Virus record (IMG/VR): IMGVR_UViG_3300046786_000293
Coordinates: 96,001-160,000 of that record
DNA length: 64,000 nucleotides
From: a virus
Lineage: Duplodnaviria > Caudoviricetes
Strand: one strand, 5' to 3'
The notes under the pieces were generated by a model that did not search any database, was not told the DNA's origin, and saw nothing but the letters and a program-made list of their open reading frames with translations. This document shows positions 1 to 9,531 of the stretch, piece after piece. Position numbers and translations under genes: made by a program. The stretch's first letter is position 1; each line of letters starts with the position of its first letter.

Positions 1-117
1 GAGCATAAGATATGGGCTAAACTTCTTACGTTCTTCTTCGTTTAACTCGTCATAGAACCCTCGATTTTTTGTATCGAGTTGTGCCATTTCGTTGTTAATG
101 CCTAGTTTATCGCTCAT
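1..117 (-). CDS. Partial conserved phage protein (N-terminus MSDKLGINNEMAQLDTKNRGFYDEL; possibly a clamp-loader small-subunit-like protein), runs off the window edge
   Basis: Translated by hand from ATG at 117; open to position 1. Confidence 0.45.
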   Translation of the reverse strand, partial: MSDKLGINNEMAQLDTKNRGFYDELNEEERKKFSPYLML

Positions 118-352
118 GTGTTATCTTTAAATTATACATTACAAATAGTCGATCTAGCAAGTCTTTCATAGCCGGATCTGCTTCGCACATTTGCAATACT
201 TGATTTATTTCACTGCGATACATTTGTATTTCGGGGCTCATATCAGTAGTATAACCTACCAACTTGCGGTCAGTTTGACCAAACTCGCGGGCAAAGATTG
301 CACCGCCTACACGCTCATAAATGTATGTTGTGCCAGGTTTAAGGTTTCCCAT
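107..352 (-). CDS. Hypothetical phage protein
   Basis: 81-aa ORF overlapping the start of the next gene. Confidence 0.6.
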   Translation of the reverse strand: MGNLKPGTTYIYERVGGAIFAREFGQTDRKLVGYTTDMSPEIQMYRSEINQVLQMCEADPAMKDLLDRLFVMYNLKITHER

Positions 353-489
353 ACTTATATCCGTACTGCAAATGTGCCCAACGCAAGAAACGCTCTAAGC
401 TATCCTTGTCATCAGGAAAACTTTCTAGATAAATTCTCGACAGTCTATTAATAATTTCAAATACTTCAGGTTCACTATACGGCATGATA

Positions 490-993
490 TCACCAACATT
501 TAGAATAATTTACAACTTCGCTTTGACGGGAGATGTCTTTGACAAAATAAACACACATAGGTTTTTCTGTCCCTGTTTCTAACGGTACAGCCAACATCTG
601 TCCAGGTTTTAGTTTAGGAAAATACCATTTAACATCTTGATAAATGTCAATTACTTCCACAGGGTAGAACTCAGGCCTAAAACTAGCCATAGGATTAAAA
701 GCAAATGCACTAAATCCACGGTCATTGATACTAGTGAGCGGGACAACTTCTAAATCTCCTAAGTCAGGTTCACCGATTAATAATTGCCAATCGATAGGCA
801 TTTTGACGATATTATTGCCAATCTTTAAGACTAGTGCAGGACTGTTAAAACTTTCTAAAAATATAAGAGGAATAAAAAAGTAATCTGGATCTTTGGGATC
901 TGAATTGTCTAGTACACAGAATCTAATATCATCAACTTCTTCGGGTATTTCGTTTAATTCGTAACTGGTATTGTCTAGTGTTAATAATCTCAT
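490..993 (-). CDS. Conserved phage hypothetical protein (beta-rich)
   Basis: 167-aa ORF in the operon downstream of uvsW. Confidence 0.7.
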   Translation of the reverse strand: MRLLTLDNTSYELNEIPEEVDDIRFCVLDNSDPKDPDYFFIPLIFLESFNSPALVLKIGNNIVKMPIDWQLLIGEPDLGDLEVVPLTSINDRGFSAFAFNPMASFRPEFYPVEVIDIYQDVKWYFPKLKPGQMLAVPLETGTEKPMCVYFVKDISRQSEVVNYSKCW

Positions 994-1638
994 TTAATTT
1001 AGTTTCCAAGTAGTGTAATAGGCAGATATTTTTTGTTCGCCTGGCAATTGAACTAAGTTACTTTGCATAGATACATCATAAAAATCAACTTGCGTATATC
1101 CCAAGTTGGTCATTGCTCTATTAAAAATATTCTGCCCAAGAGATAGTACTATATTGCATCTCTTTTTTAATTTTGTAAAACGCATACCATTTATATTCGG
1201 TTCTTCGTAATCAATATAAATTGTATCTCCCGAATTTGATCCCATTAAATTCTCTAATAGAATGTATTTAGGTTTTACAAAATTTGCAATGTCTTCAAGA
1301 ATCTTCAACGGTACGTGACTATGATATAAGACTCCGTAGACTATTACAGCTTCAAATTCACCGATAGTTCTTAGACATTCATTAAAGTCATCCACAATTA
1401 TATTAACACAAGGATAGTTACTAGCTAAATTATCTGCTACAACTTGATTTAGTTCAATTGCTGTTACATTATTCGTATATTCAAGCAAATATTGTGTAAA
1501 CATACTACCGTTCTGTGGACCCAATTCGAGAGTTTTTAAATCACGTAATATCGGAAATGTATTTCGACTAATAGCTTCAAATCTCAGCTGATTGCCATAA
1601 TTTATTTCTTCTTGCGCGACCATATTACTATTATACAT
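994..1638 (-). CDS. Class I SAM-dependent methyltransferase
   Basis: Motif I LELGPQNG, acidic IELN, GVLYH post-motif. Confidence 0.75.
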   Translation of the reverse strand: MYNSNMVAQEEINYGNQLRFEAISRNTFPILRDLKTLELGPQNGSMFTQYLLEYTNNVTAIELNQVVADNLASNYPCVNIIVDDFNECLRTIGEFEAVIVYGVLYHSHVPLKILEDIANFVKPKYILLENLMGSNSGDTIYIDYEEPNINGMRFTKLKKRCNIVLSLGQNIFNRAMTNLGYTQVDFYDVSMQSNLVQLPGEQKISAYYTTWKLN

Positions 1639-1653
1639 TAATTTTGTTCATAG

Positions 1654-3099
1654 TCAACTCTGCCATTCTGTTTTTTCTACACTGAATGGATAGTTTGCGT
1701 CTTTATAAAAACTCTTACGTTTAGTTAAATGCCGCTTTGCAAATTTGCAAGTTGATGTTATGTCCCATATTTGGACGAAATCTTTGTCCTCAGCTTTGCG
1801 GATACCACGACCAATCGATTGGATAACTCTAGTGAAACTTTTACCACTTTCAATAAGCACGAGATTAAAAATTCTAGGAATGTTAATTCCAACCGCCGCA
1901 ATACCATACGTAGCCACCGCAATCTTACCATCAACGACTGCGAAATCATCATACTCATCTTTTCTTGCCTTTGCTTTAGTTGCACCGCTGACAAATACAG
2001 CATTATCAATTTTACTAGCTAACCGCTTACCAGGATCTACTCTATCAACTAGAACTAATGTATTGCCTGTTTCCGCAATCTTATTAATCATGCTGGCAAT
2101 ATAATCTAGTCTATCTTCTGTTTCTAACAAATACTTTAGTTCTTGTTGATAATCTTTGTACTCAACGTAGTCAACCATTTGTACTACATTGACATGACAG
2201 TTACTTAGATGCCCTTGTTCTTGTAGTTCGCTGGCACTAAGTTGACCCACTACTGGTCCGATACAACAGTTCAATGCTTGGAACGCATAATCTTCTTTGG
2301 GTACAGTGCCTGTTAGTCCCCAACGAATGGGCACCCGAGCAAAGATTGTAGTCAGCATAGACTTCAACGCATCTGCTTTGGCGCTGTGTGCTTCGTCAAC
2401 CATAACACAAACAACATCTTCAATGAAGTCGTGTATAGTTACATCTGCTTCGTAGTTCTTTGTATTTTTCATCAGAGCGTTGAGACTTTGCCACGTACAG
2501 ATAGTGTGTTGTTTAGTATATTCTTTTCGGTCACCAAATAGCACACCAACATCTAGTCCCATGTTTTTGTAGTCTGCTTCTGTTTGTGTAACAAGACTCT
2601 TACTTGGAACAATAACAATGCTACGACCTAAATGTTGCACACTTGCAGATAAGGCCGCTGTCATGATAGTTTTGCCTGCCCCTGTGGCTACTTCTTGAAT
2701 ACATTGCGGAGTCTTTAAGAACCTATTGATAATTTCAACTTGATAGTCGCGCAAAATAATCGGGCTACCGTCGGGCCAGTGCCTATGAAAGAAACTTGTT
2801 TCTAGAACTTGCCCTAACTCTAAGGTCGTACTGTACTCGCGTATATCTTCCACATCGATGTCATATCCGCGTTCTTCTAGGAATGGAAGTATCTCGGGTA
2901 GTAAGTTGATATAGGTTGTGCCACCTAAATTAAAGTATGGTACTTTACCATCCCACCGTCCAAGTCGAACTGCCGGCAAGTATCTTGCCCCAGGTATTTC
3001 ATATTTGAATTTTTCCACTAACCTTTTACGATCGGTGAGTTCGAGTCCCTCAATTTTTACATTGACTTCGTCTTTAATTATTAATCGTGCAGTTGTCAT
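1654..3099 (-). CDS. uvsW: UvsW-like SF2 DNA helicase
   Basis: Walker A ATGAGKT, DEAH, TGT, motif VI QSIGRGIR. Confidence 0.9.
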   Translation of the reverse strand: MTTARLIIKDEVNVKIEGLELTDRKRLVEKFKYEIPGARYLPAVRLGRWDGKVPYFNLGGTTYINLLPEILPFLEERGYDIDVEDIREYSTTLELGQVLETSFFHRHWPDGSPIILRDYQVEIINRFLKTPQCIQEVATGAGKTIMTAALSASVQHLGRSIVIVPSKSLVTQTEADYKNMGLDVGVLFGDRKEYTKQHTICTWQSLNALMKNTKNYEADVTIHDFIEDVVCVMVDEAHSAKADALKSMLTTIFARVPIRWGLTGTVPKEDYAFQALNCCIGPVVGQLSASELQEQGHLSNCHVNVVQMVDYVEYKDYQQELKYLLETEDRLDYIASMINKIAETGNTLVLVDRVDPGKRLASKIDNAVFVSGATKAKARKDEYDDFAVVDGKIAVATYGIAAVGINIPRIFNLVLIESGKSFTRVIQSIGRGIRKAEDKDFVQIWDITSTCKFAKRHLTKRKSFYKDANYPFSVEKTEWQS

Positions 3100-4142
3100 T
3101 CTATAATAAAAATCTTTTCAGCATTAGCAATCCATGCTTGTTTTTTGGTTCCGACCATTAGGCTAGATTTAGATACTAACAGTCGTGGACTGATGTTAGC
3201 ATCAGCATTACGATTTAGATAAATGATTTCTTCTGTGTCGGGTCGGGGTAACCCAGTTTCATAAACATGAATGGGTAATCTATTTACCTGTCTAGCATAG
3301 TCAAGGACTTGATCCATACTGACGCTGTCTTGCTTAAAGGTATGCTTACGTCGACTAATCATTAGTCCTATCTTAGAATCAACTCGATTAAACAGTTCAG
3401 CGTAAAGCAATTTATCTACAGTATAACCTAACACTTCACTCATGTCGATTAATTGCATTAAGTTATCAGCACCAAACCCGCCATGGTGTTCGTTGATGTA
3501 ATCTATTAGACTGTTTGCGGCGTTAGTGATAGTATAACCCGAATCAGTTTTAACTAATTCAATCTTATAAATTTCTTTTTCTTTTTCCAATATTTTATTG
3601 TAGTACGCCATGACATCATTTGATATTTCAAATTCATGACTGCCACCGATAGTCACTGACCAATTAATCATATCTTCAGTCAGTGCCAAATGCCATTCTC
3701 TGTCGTCTGCGTTAAATGCCGCGGACCCTTTGCCTGCCCGGGCCTGTGTCTTAACTATTTCGATTAGTTTTGTATCGTAGGGGAATTTAACATGAATCGT
3801 GTCATTATGAATGTAGATCTTTTTGCTACGGTCTACATATCTGATTCCCAGTCTGTACTGATCCAATTTCTCAGGGAGTACCACAGGCTCTTTCAATTGA
3901 CTAAACTGTCTGCGATACTTTTCAACTATCCTACTAGCCAATGCGGCTTGTTTGTCTGTATATGCTTTATTATGAAAGGCCGTTTGTTCAGCCATGCTGT
4001 CAACTATACTGACATCATATCGTGCTAGGCTGATAGGACTAGAAAGGGTGTCAAATAAACCCAATTGCTTTCCGGTAATATCTCTATAGCCAGCAATGAA
4101 CTCAATGTAATCTTCAACGTAGGTAAAAGTAGGTGTCGTCAT
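3096..4142 (-). CDS. Conserved phage hypothetical protein
   Basis: 348-aa ORF overlapping the uvsW start; preceded by a sigma70-like promoter. Confidence 0.75.
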   Translation of the reverse strand: MTTPTFTYVEDYIEFIAGYRDITGKQLGLFDTLSSPISLARYDVSIVDSMAEQTAFHNKAYTDKQAALASRIVEKYRRQFSQLKEPVVLPEKLDQYRLGIRYVDRSKKIYIHNDTIHVKFPYDTKLIEIVKTQARAGKGSAAFNADDREWHLALTEDMINWSVTIGGSHEFEISNDVMAYYNKILEKEKEIYKIELVKTDSGYTITNAANSLIDYINEHHGGFGADNLMQLIDMSEVLGYTVDKLLYAELFNRVDSKIGLMISRRKHTFKQDSVSMDQVLDYARQVNRLPIHVYETGLPRPDTEEIIYLNRNADANISPRLLVSKSSLMVGTKKQAWIANAEKIFIIE

Positions 4143-4148
4143 AGACTT

Positions 4149-4176
4149 ATTATAACATATTTAAATTACAAGTCAA
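4149..4176 (-). promoter_or_regulatory. Sigma70-like promoter TTGACT-N16-TATAAT
   Basis: Direct motif; its -35 overlaps the T-tract of the upstream terminator. Confidence 0.65.
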
Positions 4177-4203
4177 AAAAAAGCCCCGCCGAAGCAGGGC
4201 TTT
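4173..4203 (-). terminator. Intrinsic terminator
   Basis: AAGCCC-loop-GGGCTT hairpin followed by a T-run on the minus strand. Confidence 0.75.
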
Positions 4204-4253
4204 GAACAAATCGCCACAGGAGCTAACTGTATAAATGGCGATTCGAAACTAAC

Positions 4254-4463
4254 TTAACGAAGTCGAATCATTCGACTATGGTAGTTAACAACGGCCAAGA
4301 ACCACAAAAATATACCCCAACTGTAGTTACCTTTAACAAACTCATCTGTACCTTGTGCAAAGAGTACACCTATCAAAAACCATGTAATGGCATCTTGATT
4401 CGTAACATACCAAGTATGAAATTTACCCCACATATTACATTCTCCAAAAAAGTTTAATACCAA
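4254..4463 (-). CDS. Small membrane protein
   Basis: Two hydrophobic stretches; the start may lie a few codons downstream. Confidence 0.55.
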   Translation of the reverse strand: MVLNFFGECNMWGKFHTWYVTNQDAITWFLIGVLFAQGTDEFVKGNYSWGIFLWFLAVVNYHSRMIRLR

Positions 4464-4629
4464 CCCACCTACTAAGAGGTGGTATCCAAAGCGGTAGTGA
4501 CAATACCAATACGTATGCTAGATCAATCCAAGGCCCAATAGTCCAGCGAAAGTATAAATTGAGCAGGCTCACTACCAGGTATACCAGCGCAACAAATACT
4601 AACCATAAAAGTGGACTAATAGGTCTCAT
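4435..4629 (-). CDS. Small membrane protein
   Basis: Two hydrophobic helices; ATGA-type overlap. Confidence 0.55.
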   Translation of the reverse strand: MRPISPLLWLVFVALVYLVVSLLNLYFRWTIGPWIDLAYVLVLSLPLWIPPLSRWVGIKLFWRM

Positions 4630-4799
4630 TCTTTTACTTCACTAATTTTAACACACTCGTAGACTTTTTTACCTACAAAAAATTTACCTAAACGTTCACA
4701 TTCTTTTGATACCATAATATGACCTTGAACATATCCAGCGTGATATCCTACAAATAAACTAACAACAATAATTAGAAATATTAACATAAACTTACTCAT
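4626..4799 (-). CDS. Small membrane-anchored protein (57 aa, MSKFMLIFLIIV...)
   Basis: Translated by hand; below the ORF-track cut-off; tightly packed with neighbours. Confidence 0.55.
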   Translation of the reverse strand: MSKFMLIFLIIVVSLFVGYHAGYVQGHIMVSKECERLGKFFVGKKVYECVKISEVKE

Positions 4800-4800
4800 C

Positions 4801-4983
4801 TTATTCTTGCTTGATACAAACCCAGCGAGTATTCTTTGTAGTAGACTTGGTCAGTGCTTCACTGGCCTTGCCTGCGGCCTGACATGTGGCTTCAGTTTTG
4901 AAACCTGGCACACTTGTCAAAGCCATGCTATCTTTATCACTAAGCATACCAGCGTGAACAAAAAGAACTAAAATCCAACTCAT
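4801..4983 (-). CDS. Small exported protein with a Cys pair
   Basis: N-terminal hydrophobic segment; C..C; RBS AGGAG. Confidence 0.6.
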   Translation of the reverse strand: MSWILVLFVHAGMLSDKDSMALTSVPGFKTEATCQAAGKASEALTKSTTKNTRWVCIKQE

Positions 4984-4992
4984 ATTGACTCC

Positions 4993-5391
4993 TTATTTGA
5001 CTAGCTTATCAACTTCTGCTTCTGTCTTGTCTGCCAATGCGGCAAACATCTTACGCTTTTCTAAACGCTCTGCGGCCAGTCGTTGACGCTCACGTTCCTT
5101 GTCCTCGTACTTCTTACGCTTTTTTTCGTCGCTCATACGTAGCATAGCATCGTATTGTTGAGCACGAACCCAGCCTGTGAGAAAGGTTTCTACTTGGCTA
5201 AAGGTGCCCACAAAGATTTCTGCATCGCGGGCATAGATGGGCAGTGCTTCTTCATCAGGGAATAGTGCAACCTGATCAGTATCACCAGAGCCTCCCCATT
5301 GCCCATGCTTGAGATTGCCTAAGCGAAATCCCAACGTCTTGGCCTGCGCTTCGATGCGTTGCCAACGAGTGTAAGTTGAGTATCCGCTCAT
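4993..5391 (-). CDS. Hypothetical protein
   Basis: Track ORF 4993..5406; more likely start MSGYST at 5391 coupled to the upstream stop. Confidence 0.65.
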   Translation of the reverse strand: MSGYSTYTRWQRIEAQAKTLGFRLGNLKHGQWGGSGDTDQVALFPDEEALPIYARDAEIFVGTFSQVETFLTGWVRAQQYDAMLRMSDEKKRKKYEDKERERQRLAAERLEKRKMFAALADKTEAEVDKLVK

Positions 5392-5549
5392 CGTGATTTC
5401 CCGCAAATATTAGTAATAGCCGTATCGGTGAGCCCGGCACGGATTCCTTCGATATGACATTGACCTTTGCTGTACTCGCCAACTGCTATGACGGAAAACA
5501 TTGAACCAAATATCAATGTAGCGGCAATCATAAACCATTTAACTTCCAT
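5388..5549 (-). CDS. Small membrane protein (53 aa)
   Basis: Translated by hand, MEVKWFMIAATLIFG...; RBS GGAG. Confidence 0.55.
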   Translation of the reverse strand: MEVKWFMIAATLIFGSMFSVIAVGEYSKGQCHIEGIRAGLTDTAITNICGKSR

Positions 5550-5551
5550 GA

Positions 5552-5671
5552 TTATGCTCCATAATACTCCAACGATATTACCTTAAAGCCTGCTTCACGT
5601 GCCTCGTCGGCTTCGTAAGTAGTTTCCACAGAATACAAAAACAAGTCGCCATCCCATACTTGATACATCAT
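5552..5671 (-). CDS. Small acidic protein (39 aa)
   Basis: Translated by hand, MMYQVWDGDLFLY...; RBS AGGAG. Confidence 0.5.
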   Translation of the reverse strand: MMYQVWDGDLFLYSVETTYEADEAREAGFKVISLEYYGA

Positions 5672-5979
5672 TTAACTCCTAAAACTTTGCGTTCTTCTGC
5701 ACTCAGTTTGGCTAATGCTTCTTTTTTAACAAGAGCCAGACGAGCCGTTTCTTCACGTTCTGCCTTTGCTTTGGCATCGGCTTCTTTGTGCTTGGCCCAC
5801 CAAGTCCGCACTTCGTCATCTTCAAGCAAAAGAAAATCTGCGTGGCCATCTTTTTCCAATTCTGTCATTGCTTTGCAGGCAATGCGAGCAAGACGATCAT
5901 TTTGCTTCTTCAAAGCTCTAATTTCGGAATCGTAAGCATCGTGTACACGATGATCATCTTCATAGTCTCTGCAGGGCAT
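5668..5979 (-). CDS. Hypothetical protein
   Basis: 103-aa ORF with RBS GGAG. Confidence 0.65.
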   Translation of the reverse strand: MPCRDYEDDHRVHDAYDSEIRALKKQNDRLARIACKAMTELEKDGHADFLLLEDDEVRTWWAKHKEADAKAKAEREETARLALVKKEALAKLSAEERKVLGVK

Positions 5980-6038
5980 GATATTCTCCTAATAGGTGGG
6001 GGACTTATTGACATTGCCCCGCCTTCACACGGCGTTCT

Positions 6039-7067
6039 TTACGCGGGCTTCATGCAAGTAGTAGAAGCCATCAACTTCCAACGAAGCGGAAAGCTCTTAC
6101 GCAGGTCAGCAATCTTAATTGCCATACGCAAGCTCATTTCACGCAACTTGTTCTTGTTCTCATCCATGAATTCAAGAATCTCATCTTGAGCACACTGCTC
6201 GAAGTCGTAGTCTGCAAACAGTTCGCCGTCGGCGGCAATCTGTTTGATACGCAGGACCTTGTCGCGCATAGTATCCAAGGTCAGATCCAAATAATGGCAA
6301 CGACTTTGCAGAGCATCCAAATGGTCGCGCAGTTTCTGCGACTTCATGCCATCGAACTTCAAGTTCGTAATAAAGATAACACTACCTTTGAACTCGAAAC
6401 TGTCAGGGATACCTTCGCGACGCAGAGTGGAACTTTCTGACAGCCAAGAAATCTTACGCTTCTTACCCGAGTCCAATGCACCTTTAAGCAAGTTCAACGA
6501 CACATCGTCAAGCAGAATGCTATCGCAGTCATCGAACACAACCACGCAATTGGGATCGCTGTACTTGTACAGAGTCTGATACAAGCCGATAGGAGTAGCA
6601 GAGCCTTTAACAACTTCTGCACGGAGACGCTTACCTGCAATTTGATCCAGCAGGGTGGCCTTTTCAATTTCTTGCTCAACACCGAAGCTCTTACCAACAC
6701 CCGGGGGGCCGCTAACAATCATTGCGCGGATTTCGCCGTTAGTTGCGGCCTTGGTCATTTCGTGCAGGATTTCAAAACGTTCACGAATACGCTCCATGAC
6801 TTGTTCATCAGTTTCTGCAGACACTTGTTCAGATTCTTTCATTTGGCTAGTAATAATAGATTCACCGCTCACAAACTCGTAATCTGCAACACCTTCCAAT
6901 TTGATACGAATGGTATCAGGAAAGTCAGGGAAAGTGCCGTTATTACGAACAGTAACATGACCGCCAGTCGCAGTCTTTTTATATTGCTCAACAAGTTCAA
7001 AACACATACCGGCAACGCTCTTGTTGCGATAAGAACCGTTACGGATACGAATAGTTGCTTGGGACAT
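6039..7067 (-). CDS. AAA+ family ATPase
   Basis: Walker A GPPGVGKS, Walker B VVVFDD, sensor IFITN, ALQSR arginine finger. Confidence 0.85.
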   Translation of the reverse strand: MSQATIRIRNGSYRNKSVAGMCFELVEQYKKTATGGHVTVRNNGTFPDFPDTIRIKLEGVADYEFVSGESIITSQMKESEQVSAETDEQVMERIRERFEILHEMTKAATNGEIRAMIVSGPPGVGKSFGVEQEIEKATLLDQIAGKRLRAEVVKGSATPIGLYQTLYKYSDPNCVVVFDDCDSILLDDVSLNLLKGALDSGKKRKISWLSESSTLRREGIPDSFEFKGSVIFITNLKFDGMKSQKLRDHLDALQSRCHYLDLTLDTMRDKVLRIKQIAADGELFADYDFEQCAQDEILEFMDENKNKLREMSLRMAIKIADLRKSFPLRWKLMASTTCMKPA

Positions 7068-7213
7068 TTATGAGCTCCTGTTTTTGTTGCAATACATGTA
7101 TTATAGCAGAATTACCATTTTTGGGCAATATCTTATCGTTTTGAACGGGTATCTTTTGCCTTCTTTTTAAGCAATTTTTGGACTTTTCTAGTCCTTTTTG
7201 CTATAATATCAGT

Positions 7214-7242
7214 ATTATAGCACAATTGGGAATTTCGAGCAA
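7214..7242 (-). promoter_or_regulatory. Early sigma70-like promoter TTGCTC-N17-TATAAT, facing a plus-strand TGGACT-N17-TATAAT
   Basis: Same -35/spacer type recurs at 17673-17701 and 19184-19212. Confidence 0.6.
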
Positions 7243-7272
7243 TACACCGTCAAAAAGGCAGGGTATTGCAAA

Positions 7273-7292
7273 AGTAATACTTAGGTATTACT
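7273..7292. promoter_or_regulatory. Palindrome AGTAATAC-TTAG-GTATTACT (putative operator)
   Basis: Perfect 8-bp arms; related sites at 17709-17730 and about 19213-19231. Confidence 0.45.
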
Positions 7293-7536
7293 CTGTCAGG
7301 AGTTTAAATTCTGCGTAGTTATAACGGGCGCACATTTTATCAATATACATACGCAACAATTCTGGGTCCGTTTCTACTTCATCAGGTACTACCATAGTAT
7401 ACAGAGCCTTATTTGCTTTAAACACGCTTACATCTGAGGCAATAAGGCTAAAGTGCAAAAATTCTCGACTATAGGGACGCTTGTTCTCATACAGTTTAAT
7501 AAACAATGTACTTGCAGGGGTAAAGTTAAAACGCAT
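7288..7536 (-). CDS. Hypothetical protein
   Basis: Track ORF 7288..7593; RBS GGAG favours the start at 7536. Confidence 0.55.
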   Translation of the reverse strand: MRFNFTPASTLFIKLYENKRPYSREFLHFSLIASDVSVFKANKALYTMVVPDEVETDPELLRMYIDKMCARYNYAEFKLLTE

Positions 7537-7613
7537 AACATACTCCTTTTTTGAACATGAGTGTATTATAGCAAATTTTGGATTTTTAATCAATACCCCA
7601 TCAAAGAGAAAGG

Positions 7614-7775
7614 TTAATCTGCATCTGCGTTGGTAATTTTCTCACCTAAATAACTTTTGACAGTACGAAGCAATTTTCGCTCAGTATCGTAGACAAACTC
7701 TTTTGTGTCGTCCTCCGAGTGGACCACAAGAATAAAACCGTTTGCGGCTTTGCGAATTTCGAGACTTTCAAACAT
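7614..7775 (-). CDS. Small hypothetical protein (53 aa)
   Basis: Translated by hand, MFESLEIRKAANGFILVV...; RBS GGAG. Confidence 0.55.
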   Translation of the reverse strand: MFESLEIRKAANGFILVVHSEDDTKEFVYDTERKLLRTVKSYLGEKITNADAD

Positions 7776-7825
7776 AAACACTCCAAGTTATTGAAGCATT
7801 ATAATAGCATATTTTAGATTTAACG

Positions 7826-8200
7826 TCAACCTATACGGCGAAATACTGTATGTAACACACGGGAAGCATTTTCAAAATTTTGCTCCATATGTTCGATATT
7901 AGCCATACCATACGCAATCGTACCCATTTCAATATAATATGTTTCCGAAGGCCAGCGTCGTCGTTTAAGAGGATAACTGTTTATAAGAAGACATTCATCT
8001 GCTATGGGTTGGTAATTTTTGGTTCCCGATAACATTTGTATTGCTATAGGCTGTTCACCTATATTAGTACGACAAAAGTTTTTAGCAAATAAATGGACAA
8101 CGTAGGCTTCTACTTCGTTGTCCAAGTATACCGCACTTTGACCTTCGCTTTCCAGTATGAGGTCATAAGCGGCTCGAATATAATCTTGCCAATGATTCAT
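7826..8200 (-). CDS. Hypothetical protein
   Basis: 124-aa ORF following rfbH; TAAATA motif upstream. Confidence 0.65.
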   Translation of the reverse strand: MNHWQDYIRAAYDLILESEGQSAVYLDNEVEAYVVHLFAKNFCRTNIGEQPIAIQMLSGTKNYQPIADECLLINSYPLKRRRWPSETYYIEMGTIAYGMANIEHMEQNFENASRVLHTVFRRIG

Positions 8201-8211
8201 ACTGTATTTAG

Positions 8212-9531
8212 TTACAGGTACAAGCTCATAAACCCGTCAACTTTTTCGCCAATATAAGCAATCTGCTCAGGTGTAATAACTCCTGATGTACCATGGAAGT
8301 AACTGCGAGTCATAGTCATTGTAGCCACAGGGAAATCATTTTTGGCCTTGTTCATATCCATCAAATGACTATACGCAGGTTGCAACATAATATTGCCAGC
8401 AAAGTAAGGACGAGTTTGAATTAAGTTTTCTTCCAAATAGTCAACTATGTCACTACGATTAAACGGAGCATCAGCACGAATGGTCAAAGGAAATGCAAAC
8501 CAACTTGGATCTGCTTTATCTCGTGCTCGTGGTAAATGGAAAAACTGTTCGTACTTGCTATAAATGTCAAACAACAATTTATAATTGCGGCGACGTAGAC
8601 TGTGAATTTTAGGCAACTTTTCTAATTGCTTCATACCCATGGCACATTGCATTTCAATTGGTTTTAAGTTGTAACCAATTTCGTCGTAGACAAATTTGTG
8701 ATCAAATGTCTCTTCAGGCAATGCCGGAACCCAGTTATTAAATCTTTTACCGCAAGTACCGCATTTAAGTTTATTTGCTTCGGGGCCAACACAATAACAT
8801 CCTCGTCCCCATTCACGGAAACTACGTAGAATGATATCTGTTGCCTCATCGTTAGTAGCAACATAACCGCCTTCACCCATAGTCATATGATGTGCCGGGT
8901 AAAAACTACACGATGCCATCAGACCAAAACTACCCAATGGCTTACCGTCGTACGTACTACCTAGTGCATCGCAACAATCTTCTAGTAGAATAAGATTATA
9001 CTTGTTAACCAATTCCATTACACGATCCATATTAGGAGGGTTGCCTAATACATGAGCAAAAGTAATGACACGAATTTCAGGATCTTCTTTTAAACGTTGT
9101 TCTGCTTGATCCAAATTTAAGTTAAGCGTATCAAGTTCGATATCAACAAACACCGGAGTAAAACCCACTTGTAACATAGGGTTTAATGTTGTAGGAAAAC
9201 CTGCAATAGGAGTCAATACTTTAGTGCCCTTGGGCAAGTTGTAGCCGCGCTTGGATGTTAATGCAGTCATCATAAGCAGGTTGGCGCTTGAGCCACTGTT
9301 AGTAACAATACCTTTTGTTTTGCCAAATTGCTTAGGAAATTCTTTTTCGAATTTCAAGCCTTGATCGCCCATAGCCAGCCAACCGCTGAGCAAACTCTTA
9401 ACCCCGGCTTCAAACTCATCTTCATCATAGACTGCACCGGCATAAGGTATAAAGTCTTTGCCTGCGGTCCATGTTTTCTTCTCGTTCTTTTCTTTGATGT
9501 ATAATCTAACTTGTTTAAGAATATCTTCCAT
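8212..9531 (-). CDS. rfbH: RfbH/DdhC-like CDP-4-keto-6-deoxyglucose 3-dehydrase (DegT/DnrJ family, PMP-dependent)
   Basis: NSGSSANL, LEDCCDALG, SFYPAHH (His in place of the catalytic Lys), Cys cluster CYC..C..C. Confidence 0.85.
   Translation of the reverse strand: MEDILKQVRLYIKEKNEKKTWTAGKDFIPYAGAVYDEDEFEAGVKSLLSGWLAMGDQGLKFEKEFPKQFGKTKGIVTNSGSSANLLMMTALTSKRGYNLPKGTKVLTPIAGFPTTLNPMLQVGFTPVFVDIELDTLNLNLDQAEQRLKEDPEIRVITFAHVLGNPPNMDRVMELVNKYNLILLEDCCDALGSTYDGKPLGSFGLMASCSFYPAHHMTMGEGGYVATNDEATDIILRSFREWGRGCYCVGPEANKLKCGTCGKRFNNWVPALPEETFDHKFVYDEIGYNLKPIEMQCAMGMKQLEKLPKIHSLRRRNYKLLFDIYSKYEQFFHLPRARDKADPSWFAFPLTIRADAPFNRSDIVDYLEENLIQTRPYFAGNIMLQPAYSHLMDMNKAKNDFPVATMTMTRSYFHGTSGVITPEQIAYIGEKVDGFMSLYL

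Noticed and set aside
490-993. Intein/HINT domain
   Set aside because: The protein is beta-rich but lacks an N-terminal Cys/Ser and a C-terminal His-Asn; there is no support without a profile search.
4205-4245. Hairpin AAUCGCCA/UGGCGAUU before a terminator as a family-1 member
   Set aside because: It lacks CAGCAA and the AGGAU/AUCCUGUU arrangement; likely a 3' UTR stabilising stem.
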